From an uncultured Bacteroidales bacterium (lineage in GTDB: Bacteria; Bacteroidota; Bacteroidia; Bacteroidales; FEN-979), in NCBI GenBank assembly GCA_903845055.1, contig CAIMWF010000134.1, positions 19,127-83,126 of the forward strand: DNA of 64,000 nt, written 5' to 3'. A program made the position numbers and the translations under genes. The notes under the pieces were generated by a model. The model was not told where the DNA came from and did no database searches. It saw only the letters and a program-made list of their open reading frames with translations. This document shows positions 36,918-46,182 of this stretch, in pieces (positions within the stretch are counted from its first letter, which is position 1; each line of letters starts with the position of its first letter).

Positions 36918-38010
36918 TTAACTGTTTCCCCCAAACTCCATCAGGTAAGCCTTGATGAATTCGGTGAGGTCGCCGTCGAGCACAGCCTGGGTATCGGAGG
37001 TTTCGAACCCGGTGCGGAGGTCCTTCACCATTTTGTATGGATGAAGCACATAGCTTCGTATCTGGCTGCCCCATTCTATCTTTTTCTTGCCGCTTTCAAT
37101 CACCGTGATCTTTTCGCGTTGCTTGCGCAGTTCGATCTCGTAGAGCTGTGATTTGAGCAGTTTCAGCGCTTTTTCACGGTTCTGCCCCTGCGATCGGGTT
37201 TCCTGGCATTCGATCACGATCCCCGAAGGTTCATGTTTCAGCCTGACGGCCGTTTCCACCTTGTTGACGTTCTGCCCGCCCGGGCCGCTGCTGCGGAACG
37301 TATCCCAGCTGATGTCGGCGGGGTTGATCTCGATCACGATGTCGTCGTTGATGATGGGGTAGGCGTATACTGAGGCAAAGGAGGTATGTCTTTTATGGTT
37401 TGAATCGAAGGGTGAAAGCCTGACCAGCCGGTGAACGCCATTTTCTCCCTTGAGATAACCATAAGCGTAATCCCCGTCAAATTCAAGGGTTACCGATTTG
37501 ATCCCGGCAACGTCGCCTTCCTGGTAATCGACCTCGGAGATTTTGTATTTACTCCGTTCACCGTAGCGCAGGTACATGCGCATGAGCATCTGCGCCCAGT
37601 CCTGCGATTCGGTACCCCCGGCTCCCGAGTTGATCTGCACGATGGCGCCCAGTTTGTCTTCCTCGCCGCTCAGCATGTTGCGGAACTCAAGGTCTTCAAT
37701 ATGGCGGAGGGTTCCCTGGTAATGGGCCTCCACCTCTTCCTCGGTTGCGTCGCCCTGGATAAAAAAATCCCACATGACCTTCAGGTCATCATTGCCGGCA
37801 ACAGCGGTTAAAAATGCATCGGTCCAGAGTTTTTTATCACGGATGGCCCGGAGCGCCTGCTCTGCAGCCTTGGGGTTGTTCCAGAAGCCGGGGGCCTGCG
37901 ACAGTTGTTCCTCTTCAGCTATCTGGGAAAGTTTCTTATCGATGTCAAAGGTACCTCCTCAAGACATCGAGTCTTGTCTGAAGGTCTTTCAGTTGTTCCT
38001 GTGCGATCAT
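36918..38010 (-). CDS. prfB: Peptide chain release factor 2, expressed through a programmed +1 frameshift
   Basis: ORF1 (38010-37948) encodes [21 protein letters not shown] followed by TGA. The +1 frame from GAC (37946) continues [15 protein letters not shown]...FWNNP and runs into the listed 285-aa ORF, which carries [15 protein letters not shown] (GGQ). The total is 363 aa. Confidence 0.92.
37944..37959 (-). other. RF2 autoregulatory +1 frameshift site AGGAGG-TAC-CTT-TGA-C
   Basis: The minus strand reads AGGAGGTACCTTTGAC. The internal SD-like element, 3-nt spacer and slippery CUU UGA C are arranged as in the E. coli prfB site. Confidence 0.9.
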
Positions 38011-38011
38011 G

Positions 38012-38491
38012 TCAAATTTTAAGTTCGTTGAGTATTGCGATGGCAAGTTCGGTTTCAAAACCTTTGCCAATGACAAAATTGATAATTTTTTCGCGGATGT
38101 TCAAGTTTTTTCCTGTTTTTATTTCGGTATGTTTTTTTATGATGAGTTCCCGGAGGGTCTGCAGGTATTCCTCTTCATGGATCACCGACATCGACTCCTG
38201 TATTATTTGCCCGGGCATGTTGCGGATCTTCAGTTCGTACCTGATCCTGATCCGCCCCCATTTGTTGTGACGGAATTTTCCCCCTGCAAAGAGCCCTGCG
38301 TATCGTGCATCGTTGATAAAACCGTTTTGTAGCAGGTGTTTCATGGTCTTTTCCCTAATGGCGGGAGGGATCTTCCATTCTGCCATTTTCTGCATGACAT
38401 CATGGCTGCACCGCTCCTGGTATGCACAATATCGTTCAAGTTTCTGCTCAAAGAATGCAGCCGGGTCATCCGGTAGTGGGGACTTTGCCAT
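38012..38491 (-). CDS. recX: Regulatory protein RecX
   Basis: 159 aa. Contains YCAYQERCSHDVMQKM and the three-repeat helical pattern with GFINDARYA. Its stop codon (38012-38014) lies 1 nt upstream of the prfB ATG (38010). Confidence 0.75.
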   Translation of the reverse strand: MAKSPLPDDPAAFFEQKLERYCAYQERCSHDVMQKMAEWKIPPAIREKTMKHLLQNGFINDARYAGLFAGGKFRHNKWGRIRIRYELKIRNMPGQIIQESMSVIHEEEYLQTLRELIIKKHTEIKTGKNLNIREKIINFVIGKGFETELAIAILNELKI

Positions 38492-38529
38492 AAACGGGGA
38501 AAACGGGGATTGTCATACGAAGATAATAA

Positions 38530-38537
38530 TAACTTTG
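38530..38537 (+). promoter_or_regulatory. Candidate -7 promoter element TAACTTTG
   Basis: The motif lies 17 nt upstream of the ATG at 38554. This is a motif match only. Confidence 0.35.
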
Positions 38538-38553
38538 CATCAAACCAACCCTG

Positions 38554-38757
38554 ATGATAAAAAAGCTTCCGCTCATCTTACTGTTGTTTTTGAGCCTGCA
38601 GGCCCTATCTCAGCATGCCTGGTTCGGCATCGGCAGAGAGGTTCCCGGCGCCGGATTCATGCAGGACCTCACCTCCCGGATAATTTTCCCGCCAAGCCTG
38701 GTCGCCAGTAATACATCGGCCACGGGGGCAGGGCCTGGCTGTTTGCCGACGAACTGA
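38554..38757 (+). CDS. Small ORF with a signal-peptide-like N-terminus (67 aa), possibly a truncated outer-membrane protein remnant
   Basis: MIKKLPLILLLFLSLQALSQ looks like a Bacteroidota signal peptide and is preceded by a TAnnTTTG box. The remaining 47 residues have no recognisable motif. Confidence 0.3.
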   Translation: MIKKLPLILLLFLSLQALSQHAWFGIGREVPGAGFMQDLTSRIIFPPSLVASNTSATGAGPGCLPTN

Positions 38758-38828
38758 TCATGGACAAAAGAAAAGTGGCAAAGTAACCCGCCTGGTCACT
38801 ATTGCCGCTTCCGGTATTAAAAACGAAA

Positions 38829-39431
38829 TTATTTTTCTTTCGCGAATTCTGCGTTGATGCTGATGGTCACATCACTGCCTACCACGGCGCCGCCGGCTTC
38901 GGTCAGTTTGTTCCATTTAAGGCCGTAATCGAGACGGTTGACCGTTGCAGTCGCCTTGAAACCAGCCTTGGTATTGCCATAGGGATCCTTGACCGTTCCG
39001 CCATACACCACGTTGAACTTGACCTTTTTGGTCACATCCCTCATGGTGAGATTGCCGGTAAGTTCATAGGTCTTGGCTGAAAGTTTTTTAAAGGAGAGGC
39101 TCTTGAAGGTTAGTTTCGGGAATTTCTCGGCATTGAAGAAATCATCCGATTTAAGGTGTTTGTCGCGCATGTCGTTGTCGGTGCTGATGCTGTTCACATC
39201 GACCGAAAACTCGATGGCTGCCCCTGAAAAATCATCCTTCGTGGATGCAAGGGTGCCGGTAAAGGTCTTGAAACTACCCTCTACCTCCGATATCACAAGA
39301 TGCGACACGGAAAATTTGATGCCGCTGTGCGTATTGTCAACGGTCCATTTTGTCTGGGCCGACACAGTCGTGGCGATCCCAAGGCATAAGATGAACGCAA
39401 ATAAGATGTTTGTTTTTGTTTTCATATTCAT
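38829..39431 (-). CDS. YceI family periplasmic (polyisoprenoid-binding) protein
   Basis: It has a signal peptide, then WTVDNTHSGIKFSVSHLVISEVEGSFKTFTG and GNLTMRDVTK. Start set at ATG 39431. Confidence 0.85.
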   Translation of the reverse strand: MNMKTKTNILFAFILCLGIATTVSAQTKWTVDNTHSGIKFSVSHLVISEVEGSFKTFTGTLASTKDDFSGAAIEFSVDVNSISTDNDMRDKHLKSDDFFNAEKFPKLTFKSLSFKKLSAKTYELTGNLTMRDVTKKVKFNVVYGGTVKDPYGNTKAGFKATATVNRLDYGLKWNKLTEAGGAVVGSDVTISINAEFAKEK

Positions 39432-39508
39432 TTGTTTTGATTTTGTTTGTCGCATGCAAAGATAATACTAATTTACAATCAATCTAAATAGTGTGAAAAA
39501 AGAGCAAA

Positions 39509-42500
39509 TCATTTTTGTTTTTCGAACACATCCACTTCACGGAAATAGTAGGGCCCATGCGGTGAATCTTCGCTGACCCACATCAGGTAGCGGCATTGTA
39601 CCGGCTTGCCGGGCAGGGGTGTAACGGTATACAGAGCCTTTCCGTTGTTCCAGACATCTTCGGGTGTTGCGGTAACAATATAGTTCCAGCCAGCGGCTTT
39701 GGGATCGCCGGTCACCGAAGGACTTTTATCGCCTGGTGCGCCCCATAGGGAAAAAGACTGGGGCCCTCTTTTCGTGCTCTGGGCCGTAAAAATGTGAATG
39801 CTGTCGATTTCGATCACTTTCTGAAGGTCCATCCTGATGCGCCCCTCGCCCTTTTCCGACCATATGTCCCGCAGAGAATCCCCGGGAAGGAGGTCGTACA
39901 TGCCGTCGTTGATCGCTGAGATGCTGATACCCTGCGTGGTTGAGTGCGACAGGAGGGAGTCGGCGCCGTAGAAGAAGTATTGCGTGGTGACCCCGTTTGG
40001 CTGGTGCATGTCGGCATAGTCTTTCGTGGTTGGCCGGGATGGCAGTTCGCTGAGGTTCTTCGAACTGGCGACTTCCACTTTTGCGGAGGGGTTCATGTTT
40101 TCATTTACGTAGCTGTTTGGGAGATCGATCGTCATGCCGGGCCTGTCGGAGAAATCGTCGTAGAGTGCCGCAGCTTTCTGCACCTGGTCGTATGGATTGT
40201 AGGCCAGGGTGATGGCGAAGATTTTGATGGATGCGTTGTCGGGAAGCTGCAACGTTCCGCTGGACTGGCCTGCATCAAGGGCATATTTGAACAGGTAGGC
40301 ATACTGGTAAGGAATATTGAGGGTGTCGCGGTGAAGATGCGTGGCAAACCACGCCACCTCGTCGCGTTTGATAAACCCCTTTTCAAGTCTTTTAATGCGT
40401 CCGAGTTTATCCCATACCCGGTTGTCAAACTGGCCGATGTTTCCGTGATAACGTTGTATGCGGAGCGTGGTTTTCATGCCGCCCACCCTGAAGGTGCCGT
40501 TGGTGTCGGTAAGCGCTGCGGCCAGGATATAAAGGCGGTTGAAATTCCCTGTTCTTGGAAGGAGGATTTTCTGCCCCCTGCAAGTGATGACATTGTTTTT
40601 ATTATCGGCCTTCGGCCCCATCTGGAACCTGACGCCATCGACGGTAAGTGCCTCGGGGAAAAGTTCTGCCGGTATGCTGAGCCCCTGCCCGTCAAACTGG
40701 CCGTCCTTCATATTCGACGTGGTTGTCACCACATCCTGGTCGTAGGTCAGCGGAAGCGCTGCGGAGGTGGGTTCCTGCTGTTTTTCTGCCGGGGGCTCGA
40801 GTTGCAGCGCGAAACTGCGGATGGCAAATTTCTTCATGTCGGTGACCAGTTTCCCGTTTTTGACAAGGGCTTCGCCAATGCGATGCTCCTGCCCGTCAAT
40901 TTCATAAGCGGATTTGATTTTTGCCGCCATGCCGATTTCAACATTCTGGATGTCGGTCCCGAACAGTTCCTGCAGGCGAATGACCACATCCTTGCCGTTT
41001 TCACCCTTTTTGACGGTCCTGATATCCACCTGGGATGAGGAAACCTTTGCAAAGGAAAAACTCCTGCCAAGAAAACCGGCATGTTTGGGGACCTGGAACA
41101 CCCTCACCGGCTGGTTCAGGCTCCGTCCCTGCCACTCCGAGCGGCCTGTACGCCAGTCACCCTTGTGTCCGTTGATGGCATACCTGACCTCATGGATACC
41201 AAAGTCCTGTGTCGCCTGGTCAACGAAAATGTTTGGCACGGGAGTGTAAAGCAGGGTCAGCCGCAGGGTCTTGTCGTTCGGTTTGTCCGATCCGAATTTG
41301 CAGTCCTCCGAAACCGTGATGCCATAATTTCCCGATTTGTCGGTCAGATCAAACCATTCGCGGGAGGGTACTTCGTATTTCTTTTCATTGTTGTTCGACC
41401 GTTCTTCGGTACCCAGGCCGAGGTTGTAGGTAGCCATGCTGTTCGATGCGGTAAGCGGGAACGATGCCTTCAGGCTTACCCCTCGCGATTGCCACCTGAT
41501 GGTGTTGTCGACCACCACGTTGTCCTTCCCGGCGGCAAGGCGGATGTATTGCGTAAAGACCGAGTTCCGCGCATTCCGCTCAATACAGAGGGTGGCGCGC
41601 ACGGGTCCGTTTTCCAGCAGGGTGATCTTCGCCGGTCCTTTGACAAAATCAGCCGGTGGGTTTTTACGGTCGTTCCAGTCCATGTTCCAGGCCGGCCAGT
41701 GTTCGGGGTGCTCTTTCTGGAATTCGAGCCGCGATGGTGCGGAGAGCAGTTCTTTCCCCAGTTTTTTGTCCAGGATCGAAGCAATGTCGCCGGCAGCGTT
41801 GATGGTGACCTTCAGAAATTCGTTTTCCAGGGTACTGGCGGAGGCCGAAAGGCTTGTTTTGACCCCCGGAGCCTCTTTGACAGGCTGCAGGTCGTAGCAT
41901 GCAAACCCAAGTGACGGCACGGTTGCGGTAAAGAGAACGGTGAGGCTTCCTTTTGTTGAGGCGATGACCTGGAGCGGCAGCTGGTTGGATTCTGCATCGA
42001 TCAGCACGACATTCTTCGGGACGTCGCCAGGATATGTGATTTCAGCTTCGACCACCTCTGTCCGGCTGATGGCCAGGGGGTTGTAAACAACCAGGCTGAT
42101 CCCCTTCCCCTGGGTGTCCATGGCACGGATTACCGCACCTGCGCCGGTTTCCATACAGGATGCGAATTTGTTCATTGCCAGGATTTCGTCGTTCCATGCA
42201 TATTCGTAGGCTTTCGGGAGGCATGTCCCGGGCAGTATGTCGTGCATCTGCGACCCAAGGACGAGCCACCATGCGTCGTGGAGCGATTCTTTCGGGTAAC
42301 TGATACCCCCGAGCCAGTCGGCCATCACCGAGACCGGTTCGGCTGCCAGTGCAAGCTGCTCGTTTTTACGGTTCCATCGTTTCATGTAAGCCTGTGATGT
42401 AAGCGAGCCCGACGAATGCTGCGTGAGCAGGAGGTCGCCGCTGTAAGTGGGAAGCTGATTTTTCTGCCCGGCTGTCAGGTCCCGGAAAAGCTGGTCGGAG

Positions 42501-43366
42501 GAGCTGAGATAAACCTTTATTTTTCCACCGGGCCGGTCGAGACTGCCAATAGCATTTTTTACGTCATCCTCCCTGGGAGCGCCGCCTTCATCGCCAACCC
42601 CATAGTAGCGGTAATCGGCAAAAACGCCATATTTTGTCCCGTTTTCATGGATGCGGTTTATCCAGTAAACTGCCGTGTCGAGCCGCGGGTTAACCTTGCC
42701 GTTGTAGTTTGTAGCATTGAGGGCGGCTACAACACCCCGGCCGTCGGGACCGATCCAGTTCCCGATGTTGAACGGGATGCCTGTCGCGGATCCCCAGGAT
42801 AATTTCTGGGTTGAAAATCCAAGGATGCCGGCATGGGCCAGCGCCGAGGGGATGTGTGCCTGGAACCCGAAACAGTCGGGCAGGAGGAAATCGACGCTCT
42901 CCTTCCCGAATTCGGACCGGAAATAGCTGTTGCCATAGAGGACCTGGCGGATGATCGATTCGGGAGCCGGCATGTTGGCATCGCATTCATCCACCGAAGA
43001 GCCTCCGACAAACCACCGACCCTGGGCCACATATTTTTTCAGTTTCTCGTATTTGTCGGGATAATACTCCTTCATCATCTTGTAACGGCGGGCGCCTGAA
43101 AAGGTGAAAACATACTGTTTGTATTTCTCAAACCGTTTGAAATTGTCGTCCAGCGTGTTCTTCAGGCATTCGTTGATGGTCGCCTCATAGTCCCACCTCC
43201 ACTGGGTGTCGAGGTGAGCATAGCCGACGGTATAGAGCACCGGTTCCTTTGAAAGGTCGTATTTCGGAGGGACAGGGTTCCCGGATTCGGGCTGGGCATT
43301 TGCGGTGGTGGCAGGCAAAAAGGTCAGGAAAATGGCTGCCAGGGAGATGAGGCGCATCATATTCAT
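39509..43366 (-). CDS. Secreted glycoside hydrolase family 38 alpha-mannosidase-like protein with a long C-terminal extension
   Basis: 1285 aa with a signal peptide. The GH38 N-domain motifs are VGYAHLDTQWRW and LPDCFGF. Central and C-terminal mannosidase-like beta-domains are followed by about 150 aa resembling a discoidin/CBM-type module. Confidence 0.7.
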   Translation of the reverse strand: MNMMRLISLAAIFLTFLPATTANAQPESGNPVPPKYDLSKEPVLYTVGYAHLDTQWRWDYEATINECLKNTLDDNFKRFEKYKQYVFTFSGARRYKMMKEYYPDKYEKLKKYVAQGRWFVGGSSVDECDANMPAPESIIRQVLYGNSYFRSEFGKESVDFLLPDCFGFQAHIPSALAHAGILGFSTQKLSWGSATGIPFNIGNWIGPDGRGVVAALNATNYNGKVNPRLDTAVYWINRIHENGTKYGVFADYRYYGVGDEGGAPREDDVKNAIGSLDRPGGKIKVYLSSSDQLFRDLTAGQKNQLPTYSGDLLLTQHSSGSLTSQAYMKRWNRKNEQLALAAEPVSVMADWLGGISYPKESLHDAWWLVLGSQMHDILPGTCLPKAYEYAWNDEILAMNKFASCMETGAGAVIRAMDTQGKGISLVVYNPLAISRTEVVEAEITYPGDVPKNVVLIDAESNQLPLQVIASTKGSLTVLFTATVPSLGFACYDLQPVKEAPGVKTSLSASASTLENEFLKVTINAAGDIASILDKKLGKELLSAPSRLEFQKEHPEHWPAWNMDWNDRKNPPADFVKGPAKITLLENGPVRATLCIERNARNSVFTQYIRLAAGKDNVVVDNTIRWQSRGVSLKASFPLTASNSMATYNLGLGTEERSNNNEKKYEVPSREWFDLTDKSGNYGITVSEDCKFGSDKPNDKTLRLTLLYTPVPNIFVDQATQDFGIHEVRYAINGHKGDWRTGRSEWQGRSLNQPVRVFQVPKHAGFLGRSFSFAKVSSSQVDIRTVKKGENGKDVVIRLQELFGTDIQNVEIGMAAKIKSAYEIDGQEHRIGEALVKNGKLVTDMKKFAIRSFALQLEPPAEKQQEPTSAALPLTYDQDVVTTTSNMKDGQFDGQGLSIPAELFPEALTVDGVRFQMGPKADNKNNVITCRGQKILLPRTGNFNRLYILAAALTDTNGTFRVGGMKTTLRIQRYHGNIGQFDNRVWDKLGRIKRLEKGFIKRDEVAWFATHLHRDTLNIPYQYAYLFKYALDAGQSSGTLQLPDNASIKIFAITLAYNPYDQVQKAAALYDDFSDRPGMTIDLPNSYVNENMNPSAKVEVASSKNLSELPSRPTTKDYADMHQPNGVTTQYFFYGADSLLSHSTTQGISISAINDGMYDLLPGDSLRDIWSEKGEGRIRMDLQKVIEIDSIHIFTAQSTKRGPQSFSLWGAPGDKSPSVTGDPKAAGWNYIVTATPEDVWNNGKALYTVTPLPGKPVQCRYLMWVSEDSPHGPYYFREVDVFEKQK

Positions 43367-43414
43367 AGGATTTTCAATGTAAAAGCAGAGATTATTTTAT
43401 TTGATAAAAAGCCT

Positions 43415-43422
43415 TACTTTTG
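43415..43422 (+). promoter_or_regulatory. Candidate -7 promoter element TACTTTTG
   Basis: The motif lies 31 nt upstream of the ATG at 43454. This is a motif match only. Confidence 0.35.
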
Positions 43423-43453
43423 TGCAAAACTAATCAAACAAGGAGACCATTCC

Positions 43454-44581
43454 ATGAAAAAAGTTGTTTTTATCCTGCTCGCCGGCCTGATCCTGGCTTC
43501 CTGCACCGGGAAAAAGGATAAATTTTCCATCAGGGGTACCATCAAAGGAGTTGATACCGGGATGATCTTCCTTCAGAAGTATGATGCTGATCATTGGGTC
43601 AACACGGATTCCGTGAAACTGGTGAAGGGATCATTCAGTTTTACCGGCTCCTGCAAACAGCCCGAAATGTGGCATATCGCCCTGGGTGACAGGCAGACCT
43701 ATATCCCGGTATTCCTCGAAAACTCCAATATCGAGGTGCAGATATTCCCTGACAGCCTGGATAAATCGACCGTTAAAGGTTCGGCCACGCACGACATTTA
43801 CCAGAAGTACCTGTCAATGAACGACATACTCAACAAAAGAATGGATGAAGTAAGCATGGCATATAAGAAAGCCAGGGAAACGCACGATACCCTTTCGATG
43901 AAGCGCGCCGACTCCGTTTCCGACGAACTAGACAAGGAGATGAAAAAACAGCTTGTTGATTTTATTAAAGCTAACAACAAGTCGGTGGTATCGACCTATC
44001 TCGTCATGAAGAACAGCTGGCAGTTCGAACTGAACGACCTTGAGGAGGTTGTCTCTGCGTTCGACACCAGCCTCAACAGCTCCTCTTATATCCAGGTCCT
44101 GAAAAAACGGGTCGATGTGCTGAAAAGTGTTGCCGTCGGGCAGGTTGCCCCCGATTTTACCATGAACGACAGCACCGGCAAACCTGTCACGCTCTCCTCC
44201 CTGAAGTGCAAATTGCTGCTGGTCGATTTCTGGGCATCGTGGTGCGGCCCCTGCAGGGCTGAGAACCCGAATGTCGTTAAAGCTTACCAGGCCTATAACA
44301 AGAAGGGTTTTGACGTTCTCGGATGCTCTTTCGACCGCGACCGTGAAAAATGGCTGAAAGCCGTCAAAGACGATAAGCTCACCTGGAACCATGTTTCCGA
44401 CCTGAAAGGGTGGGGGAATGCTGCCGGTAAACTTTACGGGGTCAATTCGATCCCGTCGAACATCCTGGTCGACAAGGATATGAAGATCGTTGGCCGGAAC
44501 CTGCGCGGTGAAGACCTGCTGAAAAAACTGGCCGAAATTCTCGGCCCCCCGGCACCGGCAAAGAAAACCCTTAAAAAATAA
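43454..44581 (+). CDS. TlpA/ResA-like thiol:disulfide oxidoreductase lipoprotein
   Basis: 375 aa. It has a lipobox (ILASC), an N-terminal beta-rich domain and a C-terminal thioredoxin fold with FWASWCGPCRAENP. Confidence 0.85.
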   Translation: MKKVVFILLAGLILASCTGKKDKFSIRGTIKGVDTGMIFLQKYDADHWVNTDSVKLVKGSFSFTGSCKQPEMWHIALGDRQTYIPVFLENSNIEVQIFPDSLDKSTVKGSATHDIYQKYLSMNDILNKRMDEVSMAYKKARETHDTLSMKRADSVSDELDKEMKKQLVDFIKANNKSVVSTYLVMKNSWQFELNDLEEVVSAFDTSLNSSSYIQVLKKRVDVLKSVAVGQVAPDFTMNDSTGKPVTLSSLKCKLLLVDFWASWCGPCRAENPNVVKAYQAYNKKGFDVLGCSFDRDREKWLKAVKDDKLTWNHVSDLKGWGNAAGKLYGVNSIPSNILVDKDMKIVGRNLRGEDLLKKLAEILGPPAPAKKTLKK

Positions 44582-44587
44582 TTCAAA

Positions 44588-44627
44588 CAATGCGTTAATG
44601 CAGGCAATGCAAGCAATGCAGGTAATG
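44588..44627 (+). repeat. 9-nt tandem array TAATGCAGR-family (left arm of an inverted pair)
   Basis: Read as caatgcg ttaatgcag gcaatgcaa gcaatgcag gtaatg. Confidence 0.85.
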
Positions 44628-44651
44628 TTTGTCCCACAAACTCCATCAGTG

Positions 44652-44697
44652 TCTGCATTATTTACATTATCTGCATTATCTGCATTACTTTCATTGT
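44652..44697 (+). repeat. 9-nt tandem array TCTGCATTA x4-5 (right arm, reverse complement of the left arm family)
   Basis: Read as tctgcatta tttacatta tctgcatta tctgcatta ctttcattg. It ends 4 nt before the ATG at 44702. Confidence 0.9.
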
Positions 44698-44701
44698 TTT
44701 T

Positions 44702-46069
44702 ATGAAGCATCTCCTGGTTATTTTTATGTTGGCGGTTTCCAGCTGGGGACATGCGCAAAATACGATCGATGGCACCATCCTTCGCCATGGGAAGAGCAAG
44801 ATTTACCTGCGAAGCATCTATGGAGAGAAGATGCCCCTGATTGACTCGGCGATCACCGATTCTGCAGGAAGGTTCCGCTTTACCCTCGGCAACCGCCTGC
44901 CGGGAACCTACCGCGTACAATGGACCAAGGATGGTTTTGTCGACCTGATCTGGAACCATGAAGATGTGAAATTTGTCACGACGGTTAAAAATCCAGACGA
45001 CAGCCTTCAGATTATTTCATCGGTTGAAAACCAGATTAACCAGGCTTTTTCAAGGCTCGACCGGGTCAACCAGGAGAAATTGCAGTTGCTGACGCCGCTC
45101 ATTGACTATTACCCGGTAAAGGATGCCTTTTATTATTCGGTTACCGGTGAAATGGAGAAGACACAGCGGAAGCAGGCGGAATACCTCGATTCACTGGTCA
45201 GGCTCCATCCCGGGGCTTTTGCAGTGCGCGTGGCCAGGGTCTACCAGAACCCCTTCATTTCCGCATCCATGTCGAAGGAGGAGCGCATCGCCTTTCTGAA
45301 GCTTCATTATTTCGATAAAATTGATTTTTCCGACACTTCGCTGTTACGGAGCATGGTCTTTGTCAACAAGGCGATATCCTATCTTTCGCTGTACAGCAAC
45401 AACCGGCTGGCGCAAAAACAGCTGGAGACCGAATTCATCAGGGCAGTGACAACGATGCTGGGCGCGGCTTCTGTGAATCCGGAGGTTTTCAAATTCTGGC
45501 TCGATTACCTGGTTGGCGGGTTCGACAAATATCATTTTGACGAGGTGCTGACCTACATCGCCGATAATTTCCAGGATCCGTTCGCTTGCGAGGACCAGCA
45601 TAGGAAAACTTCGTTGCAGAAAAAGCTGGAGACCTTTAAAAAAATCGCGGTAGGGAAAACGGCCCCCGAAATCAGTGCTCCGGATAAAAGCGGGAAACAG
45701 ATTCAGCTTACGGCCGTCAATTCCGAATACACGCTGGTGGTTTTCTGGTCGAGCGAATGCCCGCATTGCGCCTCGATGATGCCAAAACTGAAGGATTTCT
45801 ATGACGGTCAGAAACCAAAGCGGTTCGAGGTATATTCCGTATCCATCGATACAAGCCGCACTGCCTGGACCACCTTTATCCGGGACCAGAAACTGCCCTG
45901 GATCAATGTGTGCGACCTGAAGGGATTCAACGGAAAACCCGCTGACGACTACAACATTTACGCCACGCCTACCATGTTCCTGCTCGACCGTCAGAAGAAG
46001 ATCCTTGCCAAGCCGAACACCGCCAGGGAGGTTGAACAAACCCTGCGCGACTTTAAACTTATTCCATAG
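44702..46069 (+). CDS. Thioredoxin-fold (TlpA/AhpC-TSA family) protein with a large N-terminal domain
   Basis: 455 aa with a signal peptide. The C-terminal redoxin domain carries FWSSECPHCASMMP (CxxC). Confidence 0.8.
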   Translation: MKHLLVIFMLAVSSWGHAQNTIDGTILRHGKSKIYLRSIYGEKMPLIDSAITDSAGRFRFTLGNRLPGTYRVQWTKDGFVDLIWNHEDVKFVTTVKNPDDSLQIISSVENQINQAFSRLDRVNQEKLQLLTPLIDYYPVKDAFYYSVTGEMEKTQRKQAEYLDSLVRLHPGAFAVRVARVYQNPFISASMSKEERIAFLKLHYFDKIDFSDTSLLRSMVFVNKAISYLSLYSNNRLAQKQLETEFIRAVTTMLGAASVNPEVFKFWLDYLVGGFDKYHFDEVLTYIADNFQDPFACEDQHRKTSLQKKLETFKKIAVGKTAPEISAPDKSGKQIQLTAVNSEYTLVVFWSSECPHCASMMPKLKDFYDGQKPKRFEVYSVSIDTSRTAWTTFIRDQKLPWINVCDLKGFNGKPADDYNIYATPTMFLLDRQKKILAKPNTAREVEQTLRDFKLIP

Positions 46070-46125
46070 GGGCCGTTTCGACCGATGCCGGCTAAAATTT
46101 ACCTCGTTGAAATGATGAATTTTTT

Positions 46126-46133
46126 TACCTTTG
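46126..46133 (+). promoter_or_regulatory. Candidate -7 promoter element TACCTTTG
   Basis: The motif lies 50 nt upstream of the ruvA ATG. A 7-bp hairpin (CAGCCGG-gcaaa-CCGGCTG) follows in the leader. This is a motif match only. Confidence 0.3.
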
Positions 46134-46182
46134 CACTTCAGCCGGGCAAACCGGCTGTGGATTATCGTTATCCGCAGCGCAC

